Assembly: GCA_963803435.1 (NCBI GenBank)
Contig: CAWDML010000009.1
Coordinates: 1,536,001 to 1,600,000, forward strand
DNA length: 64,000 nt
Direction: 5' to 3'
Source of the DNA: an uncultured delta proteobacterium
Lineage (GTDB): Bacteria > Myxococcota > Kuafuiibacteriia > Kuafuiibacteriales > Kuafuiibacteriaceae
The position numbers and the translations under genes are program-made. Positions 53,882 through 63,400 of this stretch are shown piece by piece (positions within the stretch are counted from its first letter, which is position 1; each line of letters begins with the position of its first letter). The notes beneath the pieces were generated by a model. The model made no database searches. It was not told the DNA's origin and saw nothing but the letters and a program-made list of their open reading frames with translations.

Positions 53882-53955
53882 CTTGGAGCGTGTAGCGCGT
53901 AGCGCTACCGCGAGCCCGGTCCGGGTCCCGGTCCCGGTCCCGGTCCCGATGGCGA

Positions 53956-54324
53956 TCATGCAGCCCGGCGTGCGTTCATCGACTTGATGAGGCGCGTGAG
54001 CAGCTCGACAACGCGCTTGAGCTTGGCTCTGGCGGCTTGGACCTTCTGCTCGTTGGCGAGTCGGCGCCTCGAGCAGGTGTGGAGTGAGGCGGCGCTTTCG
54101 GTGCCAGAGCGAAGTGCCATCCGGTAGAAGCGAGCCTTCTCAGGTGGATTGAACTCTCCGGCGCCCTCGGCGGTGTTGTTCACGATGGAATCGGATGCCC
54201 GCCGAAGCTGATCGCGGACGTGAGCGTGACCGGGTTGCAGTTCTTGTGCGATCTCTTCAGCGATGTCGGCCTACCCGACGGCGAGCTGGTAGGCCTCGAG
54301 CTTCTCGTGATCGAAAGTGACCAT
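53956..54324 (-). pseudogene. Four-helix-bundle protein (23S rRNA IVP/TIGR02436-like), internal TAG at 54271-54273
   Basis: MVTFDHEKLEAYQLA..*ADI...RDQLRRASDSIVNNTAEGAG..KARFYRMALRSGTE. Confidence 0.85.
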
Positions 54325-54389
54325 GCAAGCTAGCTTGCGGTAGCTCGTCCACTTTGACCAGCAGAAGGTCTTGGAGGTCGTTTCGTCGG

Positions 54390-55210
54390 AACAGGATGCC
54401 GCCAGGGCTCGCGCGGAGAAATTGCGCAGGCAAGCCGAAGAGCAGCAGAGCAAAGCGGATGATGATCTTGTGGATCGGGTGGAGCAGAAGCGAGCGAGAA
54501 CTCGAGCCGAGAAGGCAAGAGCGCAGGCTGACCAGCTCGAACCATCCCCAGACCCAACTGAACGAAATGATGGATGGCCGCATCATCGCGTTCCTGCAAA
54601 TGTGGACGGCACACCGAGGCCCCACGCTCAGAGGAACTTCACCGACTCAGACAGCAGGATCATGTTGAAGGAGGGAGCGTACCTCCAGGCCTACAATGCC
54701 CAAGTTGTCGTAGATGAGCACGCTCAGGTGATTGTCGCCGAAGGGGTCAGCAACCAGGCACCTGATCAGCAACACCTCGTCCCGATGCTCCGTGATGTGT
54801 TCGGCAACTGCGGCGATGCTCCGCGGAAGATGACGGCAGACAACGGCTATCTGAGCGCGACCAACATCGAATTCTGCGACAACAATCAGATCGATGCCCA
54901 CATCGCTGTTGGACGCGAACAGAACCAAGACGCGTCGACTCCGTCCTCATCAGCTTCGGAGCCCACACCTGCCTCGCTCGCTCGCAAGCGAATGCGAGAC
55001 AAGTTGCAAACGCGCGACGGCAAGGCGGTCTACGCCCGCAGGAAGAGTATCGTCGAACCGGCGCTCGGACAGATCAAAGCGGCACGAGGATTCCGCCGGT
55101 TCTCGCTCCGCTCCTTCTTCAAGGTACGAGCCGAGGGGACGCTCGTCTGCCTCACCCACAACCTGCTCAAGCTCTACCGATCGAAGCTCGCGACCGTCGC
55201 GAGCGTCTGA
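54390..55210 (+). pseudogene. IS1182-family transposase, C-terminal part only
   Basis: QRNFTDSDSRIM, AYNAQVVVD, TADNGYLS, YARRKSIVEPALGQIK..RGFRRFSLR, THNLLKL; N-terminus deleted at a junction near 54390. Confidence 0.85.
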
Positions 55211-55302
55211 CTCAAGGCAGCCATCTTCAGATCGGGATCGGGACCCGGACCGGGACCGGGACCCGGACCGGGGTCGCGTGAGCGCTTACGCGCTACACGC
55301 TC

Positions 55303-56499
55303 CTAGGACCCGTTGCGCGAGAGAACGCCGCCCACCTTCGGTTGGTTCGCCTGGAGCATCGCGGCCGCGAGCCGCCCGCGGATGCCCAGCAGGCCCTCGA
55401 CGTGGGAGGGACCGAAGCTGGTGTACAGGTAGGTGAACCAGGCGGCCGCCACGACCAGGAGCACCGCCGCCAGGCGGCTCTTGAGACACGGATTGCCGAG
55501 CCGTTTTCGCTGCCAGGCGACCAGGAAGATCCCGATGAGCGGGAGCAGCATCGCGAGGATCATGTCGCGCGTCATGCAGAAGTACCGAATCGACAGCTCT
55601 TGCTGGACCAGCGGAAGAACCTCGGAGTCGAGCTTGGCCAGCTGCTCGCCGAGCGTCGGTGGGGCGCAGCGGCCGTCGCAGGGCGACAGCTCGAGGTCGG
55701 CGAGGACGCCGGGGTGGTCGGAGAGCGGGATGGTGGTTCCGCCAAGGTCGACCGGCTCGGTGAGGACGCGTCGGACCGAGACGACGTCCGCCCGGATCGA
55801 GTCGCCGTCGCGGAAGAGGATCTGATCGATGTTCGCCTCGGGATCGGTCGGGACGAGATCTGCGCGGGCTCGAAGCAACCGGGCAGGGAGGCCGTCGTGC
55901 GGCGAATTGATGTCGCCGGCGAAGATCAGCGGATCATCGCGATCGTCGAGCTGATCCGCCGCTTCCAGCGCCTGGCTCATCTGGACGAACAGATAGTCCT
56001 GGCAGTGATACGTGGCCTGTAGATGCGTGGCGCCGAAGCCGACCGTCCCCATCGGCGTATCGATCTTCACCTGGGCCACGCCTTTGCCCGACATGTAATC
56101 GACGTGCCAGAGCAGGTGCGGCCGGCGTCCCTGCGAGTAGCGCTTGAACCGAAAGTCGTGCAGCGGGTAGCGCGAGGCGATCAGCAGGCCGTTCTGCTCG
56201 GGCCAGGCGGGCGAGTGGCGCTCGATGTATGTCAACCCAGCTTGCACGAGGCCATCGGCGAGCGTCTTGGCGTCCTCTTCCTCCCAGACCTCCTCGAGCG
56301 CCACCACGTCGGGCTCGAGCGCAGCGATCGCGGACGGGATGCGCGCCATCCGCTCCGACCGAAGGGGTGTAATCACGGGTACGCCCCAGACGTTGTACGT
56401 CAAGACGCGCAGGCGGAGCCGATCGCCGTCGGCGGCCGAGGCCCGGGTTGCGGGGAAGATCGCAAGCAGCGCAGTGAGGCTCAGAATCCTTCGGAGCAT
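55303..56499 (-). CDS. Endonuclease/exonuclease/phosphatase (EEP) family, neutral-sphingomyelinase-like, signal peptide plus two C-terminal TM helices
   Basis: LTYNVWG, ALEEVW, NGLLIASRYP, GKG, ATHLQA, AGDIN, IDQIL, LSDHPGV. Confidence 0.85.
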   Translation of the reverse strand: MLRRILSLTALLAIFPATRASAADGDRLRLRVLTYNVWGVPVITPLRSERMARIPSAIAALEPDVVALEEVWEEEDAKTLADGLVQAGLTYIERHSPAWPEQNGLLIASRYPLHDFRFKRYSQGRRPHLLWHVDYMSGKGVAQVKIDTPMGTVGFGATHLQATYHCQDYLFVQMSQALEAADQLDDRDDPLIFAGDINSPHDGLPARLLRARADLVPTDPEANIDQILFRDGDSIRADVVSVRRVLTEPVDLGGTTIPLSDHPGVLADLELSPCDGRCAPPTLGEQLAKLDSEVLPLVQQELSIRYFCMTRDMILAMLLPLIGIFLVAWQRKRLGNPCLKSRLAAVLLVVAAAWFTYLYTSFGPSHVEGLLGIRGRLAAAMLQANQPKVGGVLSRNGS

Positions 56500-56620
56500 C
56501 GTCGTCGAGATCTTCATCGTGAACGAAGTGGGAGCCCGTGTGCAAACCCACACGGCCCTTCATCGGGTCGACGCTTCGATTCGGATCGCCACGTTGGTTG
56601 AGATTGAGTATGGCATCGCG

Positions 56621-57565
56621 GTGCTCCCGCTGGTCCTGGCTGCGCTCACCGCCACCGCGGCGCCGGCCGGACGGGTGGTCCTGATCAGCATCGACGGGCT
56701 CCGCGCTGACGCCATCGAACGCCTGGGCGCCGCCCGAACGCCGGCCCTCCACCGGTTGCTCCGCGAGGGCGCGGCCACCCTCAACGCGCGGAGCGATCCG
56801 ACCTGGACGTACACCATGCCGAATCACGTGTGCATGGTGACCGGCCGGCTCGCCGCCGGCGCGGACGGCCACGGGTACCAGGAGAACACCTTCGAAGGCA
56901 TATCGATCCACCAGGCGAAGCACCGCTATGTGGCGAGTGTGTTCGACGTCGTCCACGACGGCGGCTATCGGACGGCGATGGTCTCCTCCAAGCCGAAGTT
57001 CGCGCTCTTCAGCACCTCCTACGCGAAGAAGATCGATCAGGCCACGATCACGGAGTACGACGACGCGCGCTCGATCGAGGCGGCGCTCTCGCTCCTGGGC
57101 ATCACCACGCCACCTCGGTTCATCTTTCTCCACCTGGCGGGCACTGACCTGGTCGGGCACAGCGATGGCTTCGACGTCTCGAAGGGCTCGAGGTACCTCG
57201 ACGAGGTCGAGCGCCAGGACGGCTGGGTCGGACGGATCCTTTTCGCGATCGGTGCCCGCGGTTCGCTGACCGAGACCACCGCGATCATCCTGACGTCGGA
57301 TCACGGCGGGGATGGGCCGAGCCACGGCGACCCCGATCGGTTGCTCGACTATCGCGTGCCGCTCCTCGTCTGGGGCGCCGGGGCGAAGGCGGGCGCCGAC
57401 CTGTACGCCCTGAACCCGGAGCGCGCCGATCCGGGCGACGAGAAGGCGGGCGCGCGGCCGCCGATCCGAAACTGCGATGCGGGCAACCTGGCGCTCTCGC
57501 TCCTCCACCTCCCCCCGATCCCGGGCTCGATGATCGACGCGTCGCAGGATCTGAGCTGGCGCTAG
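56621..57565 (+). CDS. Alkaline phosphatase/nucleotide pyrophosphatase family, exported
   Basis: LISIDGLRAD, TYTMPNH..MVTG, DLVGH, TSDHGG..SHG; start approximate. Confidence 0.82.
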   Translation: MLPLVLAALTATAAPAGRVVLISIDGLRADAIERLGAARTPALHRLLREGAATLNARSDPTWTYTMPNHVCMVTGRLAAGADGHGYQENTFEGISIHQAKHRYVASVFDVVHDGGYRTAMVSSKPKFALFSTSYAKKIDQATITEYDDARSIEAALSLLGITTPPRFIFLHLAGTDLVGHSDGFDVSKGSRYLDEVERQDGWVGRILFAIGARGSLTETTAIILTSDHGGDGPSHGDPDRLLDYRVPLLVWGAGAKAGADLYALNPERADPGDEKAGARPPIRNCDAGNLALSLLHLPPIPGSMIDASQDLSWR

Positions 57566-57651
57566 GAGCGTGTAGCGCGTAAGCGCTCACGCGACCCCGG
57601 TCCGGGTCCCGGTCCCGGTCCGGGTCCCGATCTGAAGATGGCTGCCTTGAG

Positions 57652-58002
57652 TCAGACGCTCACGACGGTCGCGAGCTTCGATCGGTAGGTGAAGTGGGGA
57701 TGACTTTCTCCAGCCAGCACCCGGAATGGAATGTCTTCGTAGGTCGCCCGCGCGATCCTCCGCGACGAATAGATGCCGGTGCAGTAGGCGTACAGAAGCA
57801 GCGCGATCATCATTCGAGGCGAGTACGGTCGCTCGCCTCGCGGGTCCTTGGACTGGATCGAGATCTCGATCGCGCTCAGCTCTACCCCATCGACGACGTC
57901 CAAGACGAAGTACGCGAGATGATTTTCTGGGAGCCACTCGAGAGGGGACGGCGGGAGCAAGAACGATTGTCTCGGAGTCCAAGAACGGTATTGCTTCGCC
58001 AC
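57652..58002 (-). pseudogene. IS1182-family transposase N-terminus (DUF772-like) fused in frame to its last 10 codons
   Basis: QSFLLPPSPLEWLPENHLAYFV, GERPYSPRMMIALLLYAYCTGIYSSRRIA, HPHFT|YRSKLATVVSV; junction near 57688. Confidence 0.85.
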
Positions 58003-58120
58003 GAAACCATGGGATCAAGTCCAGGCGTCGGAGTCGATCCGCCCAACGATCGATTCCAGACGAAACGACCTCCAAGAACTTCGCTGGTCAAAGTGGACGA
58101 GCTACCGCAAGCTAGCTTGC

Positions 58121-58490
58121 AGGGTCACTTTCGATCACGAGAAGCTCGAGGTCTACCAGCTCGCCGTCGAGTATGCCGACATCGCTGAAGAGATCGCACA
58201 AGAACTGCAACCCGGTCACGCTCACGTCCGCGATCAGCTTCGGCGGGCATCCGATTCCATCGTGAACAACACCGCCGAGGGCGCCGGAGAGTTCAATCCA
58301 CCTGAGAAGGCTCGCTTCTACCGGATGGCACTTCGCTCTGGCACCGAAAGCGCCGCCTCACTCCACACCTGCTCGAGGCGCCGACTCGCCAACGAGCAGA
58401 AGGTCCAAGCCGCCAGAGCCAAGCTCAAGCGCGTTGTCGAGATGCTCACGCGACTTGATGAGGCCGATGAACGCACGCCGGGCTGCATGA
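58121..58490 (+). pseudogene. Four-helix-bundle protein, second copy (start ATG>AGG; frameshift near the 3' end)
   Basis: Nearly identical to 53956-54324; has GAG TAT where copy A has GGG TAG. Confidence 0.82.
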
Positions 58491-58793
58491 TCGCCATCGG
58501 GACCGGGACCCGGACCGGGACCCGGACCGGGCTCGCGGTAGCGCTACGCGCTACACGCTCCTAGTGCGCCTCGCCCGGCTTGCACCGCTCCTGCTCGCCG
58601 GCTGCGTGCGCTACTCGCTACCGCCACGCCCGGTTCGACGGCGTCGTCCCCTACCACCAGGGAGCGGCGGGCCGCCCACGACGCGTCACGCTGTTCTCGG
58701 GCCATCGCAGTCCTCTATCTCCCCTGGCTGCTCGATCTCACCACCGAGCACTTCCGACAGCGGCTCTGCTTCCGCGAATGACCGAAATGATCG

Positions 58794-59231
58794 ATGCTCG
58801 CCCGCGTGTCGACCGTTCGTGAGGCCGGCTCGGAGGAGCTGGCAACCTGCCTTGCAATTCGACGTGAGGTCTTCATCGAGGGCCAGGCCGTGCCCGAGGC
58901 CGACGACGTCGACGGCCTCGATCCCCACTGCACGCACTGGCTCGCCCTCGTCGACGGCGCGCCCGCAGGCACCGCACGCCTCCGCATCACCCCGCAAGGC
59001 TACGCCAAGATCGAGCGCGTCGCGGTGCTCGAGCGCTTCCGCGGTCGCGGGCTCGGGGACGCCTTGATGGACGCGATCGAGGCGGCGCTTCGGGGGCGCG
59101 GATATCGAGAGGCGCTCCTCGGCGCCCAGCTCCAGGCGGTCCCGTTCTACGAGAAGCGGGGCTTCATCGCCGAGGGCCCCGTGTTCCTGGACGCCGGCAT
59201 CCCGCACAAGAAGATGAGAAAGGCGCTGTGA
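58794..59231 (+). CDS. GNAT N-acetyltransferase (YjcF/ElaA-like)
   Basis: IRREVFIEGQ, GTARL, KIERVAV...RGRGLG, FYEKRGF, FLDAGIPH. Confidence 0.9.
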   Translation: MLARVSTVREAGSEELATCLAIRREVFIEGQAVPEADDVDGLDPHCTHWLALVDGAPAGTARLRITPQGYAKIERVAVLERFRGRGLGDALMDAIEAALRGRGYREALLGAQLQAVPFYEKRGFIAEGPVFLDAGIPHKKMRKAL

Positions 59232-59704
59232 AGACCAACGCCGCCCGCATCCTGGAGCGGCTCGGGGTCGAGTTCCAGGTGGTCGAGTATCCCGTCGATC
59301 TCGAGGATCTCTCCGCCGAGACCACCGCGAGGAAGCTGGGGATGGAGCCCGAGAGCGTCTTCAAGACGCTGGTGGTGCGCGGCGAGAAGCGAGGCGTGAT
59401 GCTCGCCGTGATCCCGGCTGGATTCCACCTCGACCTGAAGGCGCTCGCGCGCGTGGCGGGCGATCGTCGCGTGGAGCTGGTGTCGCTCGCCGAGGTCGAG
59501 CCGCTGACCGGGTACGTGCGCGGGGCCGTCACGGCGCTCGGGACCAAGAAGAAGTATCCTGTGTTCGCCGACGAGCTGATCGAGCTCTCCGATCAGATCG
59601 GTGTCTCCGCGGGTGCGCGCGGAGCCGAGCTGGTGCTGGCGCCCGTCGACTACCTGCGCGCCGTGGAGGCAACGGTGGGACCAATCAGCCGGCCCCACGC
59701 CTGA
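59228..59704 (+). CDS. ybaK: Cys-tRNA(Pro) deacylase
   Basis: MKTNAARIL, VFKTLV, LDLKALA, TGYVRGAVTALG, VSAGARG. Confidence 0.92.
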   Translation: MKTNAARILERLGVEFQVVEYPVDLEDLSAETTARKLGMEPESVFKTLVVRGEKRGVMLAVIPAGFHLDLKALARVAGDRRVELVSLAEVEPLTGYVRGAVTALGTKKKYPVFADELIELSDQIGVSAGARGAELVLAPVDYLRAVEATVGPISRPHA

Positions 59705-59708
59705 GCGC

Positions 59709-60398
59709 TCAGAGGAAGCCGAAGTAGAGCGACATCGAGTAGGCGATCGGCACGGCCACCTCCACGGTATCGGCCGTGAACACCGTGCCCACGTCGAAGG
59801 CGCCGCCGATGCTGGTGAAGAACGAGACCGGGAGCGGATCCTCGGCGCCGAGGGAGAGGCCCGCGAAGATCATCCCGGGCGCGTTGGGAACGGGACGGAT
59901 CGGGTTCGCGCCCTGCGGCGCCGCCACGGTCCGGAGCCCGGTCAACCAGGCACCCTTGGGTCCGAAGAACATGGTCACCTTCGAGAGCTCGACCACGAAG
60001 TACGGGACGAACGACGCGCGCCAGTGGTTGCTCCAGTGCTCGTCCCGAACGTGGAGGTGGTAGAACTCGCCCTGGCCGTCGAGCACCAGCCGCCAACCCT
60101 GGGACAGGGAGATGTGCTGGCGCAGCTCGACAAAACCGCCCACGCCCGGGAGGTTCGCGGTGATCGGGATGGTGCCGACCGCACCCCCGGTGATGTCTGT
60201 GCCGTCGAAGGGCGCGACCCGCACCCAGGCGGCGACCTCGGGATCACCGATCGTGCCGGGGACGTTCACGTTCGTGCCGATCATGAAGTCGCCCTGGTTC
60301 ATCCGCTTGATCGGGCGGGCGGCGCTGAAGCAACCGGACGCTGAGACCGCGAGCGGCGCCAGGAGCGCGAGGAGGCAGGGCCGCACGTCGCGCATCAT
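59709..60398 (-). CDS. Hypothetical lipoprotein, beta-rich (possible outer-membrane barrel)
   Basis: ASGC lipobox, alternating hydrophobic strands, ends YFGFL. Confidence 0.6.
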   Translation of the reverse strand: MMRDVRPCLLALLAPLAVSASGCFSAARPIKRMNQGDFMIGTNVNVPGTIGDPEVAAWVRVAPFDGTDITGGAVGTIPITANLPGVGGFVELRQHISLSQGWRLVLDGQGEFYHLHVRDEHWSNHWRASFVPYFVVELSKVTMFFGPKGAWLTGLRTVAAPQGANPIRPVPNAPGMIFAGLSLGAEDPLPVSFFTSIGGAFDVGTVFTADTVEVAVPIAYSMSLYFGFL

Positions 60399-60435
60399 AC
60401 AAGCCGGCCGCTGCGATCGGCGATGGTGATCGCGC

Positions 60436-63400
60436 TCAGCGTTCGCCGAGCAGCGTGAGGACCGAGAACGGCGTGTACGACACCTCGCCCGCGGAGGCGC
60501 GCTGCTCCTCGAGGAGGTCGGTCCTCGACCATCGATCGATGGCGAGCTCTCCCCCGAGCTCGACCACGCCCCGCCCACCGTGGCTCTCGTACAGGCGGAG
60601 GATCAGCGCGTCCGAGTCCTCGTGCTTCTTGAGCGCCGACAATCGGAGTGAGCCGCTCGACATGGTCAGGAAGCGCCGCGACGACGGCCAGGCGCCGTCC
60701 GGCTCCACCGACACGGCCAGGAGCGGCGCGTTCAGATCGTGCGCCTCCCGCACCGTGCCCTGACGCCAGTCACCGGCGTGCGGGTGGAGCGCGTAGGTGA
60801 ACTCGTGTCCACCCTCGTCCGCGAACGGATCGGGATAGATCGGCGAGCGGAGCAGCGTGATGCCGAGCGTGCCGCCCAAGGCGCTGTGCCCGTACTTTCC
60901 GTCGTTGAGCAGCGCGGCACCGTAGCCCGCCTCCGACAGATCTGCGAACCGATGCGCGGGTACCTCGAACCGCGCCGCGTCGTGCGGAAGATTTCGATGC
61001 GTCGGCCGCGCCACCGCGCCGAACGCGGTCTCGAACCAGGCCTCGTGGCTCCGGATCGCCAGCGGAAAGATCGCACGCAGAAGCGTGCGCCGACCCGTCC
61101 ATTCGATCTCGGTGTGGATCTCCAGCCGCTCGCCGCCGGCCGCGAGGCGGTACTGCTGGCGGAGCGTGGAGGCGCCCGCACGGCGCACGACCTCGACCAC
61201 CCCGAGCGCGGGCCCTGACGCGACCACCGACGGCGGAGCCGAGGCCAGGATCTCCCGCCCCTCCTCCTGATACGTCGCGTCGATGTCCCACGCGTCGTAG
61301 TTCCGGGGGACGTCGGGGTGGCTCCAGATCTGGTTCGCACGGTCGGCGAGCACCTCACGACCGGCGCGCTTGTCGAACACCGAGGCGATGGTCCCGTCGT
61401 CCGCGATCCGGATCCGGAACCGCTCGTTCTCGAGCAGATCGCTGGCGACCGTCAGCTCCCGCGATGCCGTCGTCCGCCCCGCCCGCGGCTCCACCGCGAG
61501 CGCCAGGTAGCCGAGCCCTGGCACGGCGAGCTCGGAGGCCACGTAGATGCCGTCCCCGTCGGGCTGCCAGGGCACCTCGGTCTCGTCCGGCCCGATCAGC
61601 GCGAAGTCTCCCTTCGTGGGCCGACGCAGGGTCCCGCGGAGCGGCCGATCCTCGAGCGTGAGGTTGAAGACCACCAGCGCCCGCTTCGAGGCGACCCGCG
61701 CCCGCCGCGCCAGCGCCTCCAGGTGTTCGCACCGCAGGTGCTGGGCCGCGGTCAGCGCTCCGGTCAGCTGCTCGCGCGCCTCCTGCGCCGCCGAGTGAAT
61801 GCTCGAGCCCGGCAGCACGTCGTGGAACTGGTTGCGGAGCAGCGTGATCCAGCCGCTCTTCAGCGCGTCGGCCGGATAGGCCCGACCGAGGAGGACGAAC
61901 GACAGCGCGGCCGCCGCCTCCGCCTCGGCCAGCGTGCAGGTCAACCTGCGGTCGAGCTGCTTGAGCGCGGCTTGGGTGGTGTACGTGCCCCGGTGATATT
62001 CGAGGTATTGCTCGCCGGCCCAGACCGGCAGCGCCAGCGACTCCATCTTGGCGAAGTGCGCGTCGATGCGGCCGTGGACCAGCTCGGGCAGCCCGGGAAA
62101 GCGGCGCATCCTCTTGGCCTGTTCCAGCATCTCCGGCGCCGGACCGCCCCCGCCGTCGCCATGCCCGAACGTGAAGATCGAGCGTCCGAAGTGGCGCTTG
62201 CCGCGGAAGCTCCGCCAGGCCTCGAGCGTCCGCACCGGCTCGATCACGCCGTTGTACCCCGCCTCCGTCTTGAGCATCATCGACAGCACCTCGGATCCGT
62301 CGATCCCCTGCCAGCGATAGAGCTCGAACGGAAACCGCGTGGTCTCGTTCCAGCCCAGCTTGGTGGTGAAGAAGTACTGCAAGCCACCTTGCAAGAGCAG
62401 CTGCGGTAGGTTCGCCGGGTACCCGAACGTATCCGGGAACCAGGACACGACCGCACGCCTCCCCAGCTTCTCCGAGAACCATCGCTGCCCGTACAGGAGC
62501 TGGCGCACCCAGGCCTCGCCGCCAGGCATGTTGCCGTCGGCTTCGACCCACATCCCGCCGACGATCTCCCAGCGCCCCTCGTCGACGCGCCGCCGGATGC
62601 GCTCGAACAGATCCGGATCATCCTCCTCGATCCACGCGTAGAGCTGCGCGCTCGACTGGTTGAAGTAGAGCTCCGGATCGCGATCCATCAGCTCGAGCAC
62701 GGTCGCGAAGGTCCGGCGCGCCTTCCGCCGCGTCTCCGCATACGGCCACAGCCAGGCCAGATCGATGTGCGCGTGTCCCGACAGCAAGAGCGAGCCCTCG
62801 GCGGGATAGTCGGCGCGGATCTCGTCGATCCGCCGCGCCAGCTGCTCCCGGGCGGCCCGCACCCGCATGCGCGCCTCCTCGCCCAGCTCGGCCATCGGCC
62901 CGCCGAAGCGCCAGCGCTCCCAGAGCCCTCGCTCCAGCGTGCTCGCGGGCGAGTCTCCCTGATCCGCCACCGCCGATCGCCGCGCGCCATACGCGAGCCG
63001 CGCGAGATACGGCTCCGTCCGCTCCCGAGGCAGCGGCACCATCGCCAGCGCCTCGCTCGCCGCCTCCGCCAGCCGCACCGCCAGGTCGCTACGCGAGAAG
63101 CGATGGAGCGCCCGCACTGCCCCGATCGTCGTCTCCAGATCGAACGCGAGACCGCGCACGTCCTCATCGGGCGCGATCAGCGACGCCTCGCGCAACACCG
63201 GCCGCTCCACCGGCGACCCGAACAACAGATGTGGCACCGCCTCCACGTCGAGCACCAGCGCACGCCCTCTGGCCCCCGCCTCGAACAGCCGCACCTCCCG
63301 GTGATACGGGTTGAGCCCGGCGTGCGCCCGCCCGTCGACCATCAGCAGCGCCTCACCCCCGACATCCAGCGCCACGTTCACCGGCCCATCCCCGAGCGCG

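Larger units (their letters stand above)
53886..55302. mobile_element. Copy A of a non-autonomous IS1182-derived element carrying a four-helix-bundle gene
   Basis: Imperfect TIRs of about 65-70 bp (53886-53950 and 55231-55302) starting GAGCGTGTAGCGCGTA; flanks CTTG and CTAG; visibly more AT-rich than the host genes. Confidence 0.85.
57566..58560. mobile_element. Copy B (inverted relative to A) of the same element
   Basis: TIRs 57566-57631 and 58496-58560; CTAG on both sides (57562-57565 and 58561-58564); near-identical to the reverse complement of copy A outside the transposase. Confidence 0.88.

Noticed and set aside
53910-53950. CRISPR array or Gly-Thr repeat protein (GTGTGT ORFs)
   Set aside because: Hexamer tandem units with no spacers and no cas genes; the ORFs are read-through of the TIRs.
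53886-58560. Diversity-generating retroelement (Avd-like gene plus near-identical repeats)
   Set aside because: No reverse transcriptase in the window, the repeats are inverted whole-element copies, and the differences are not confined to adenines.
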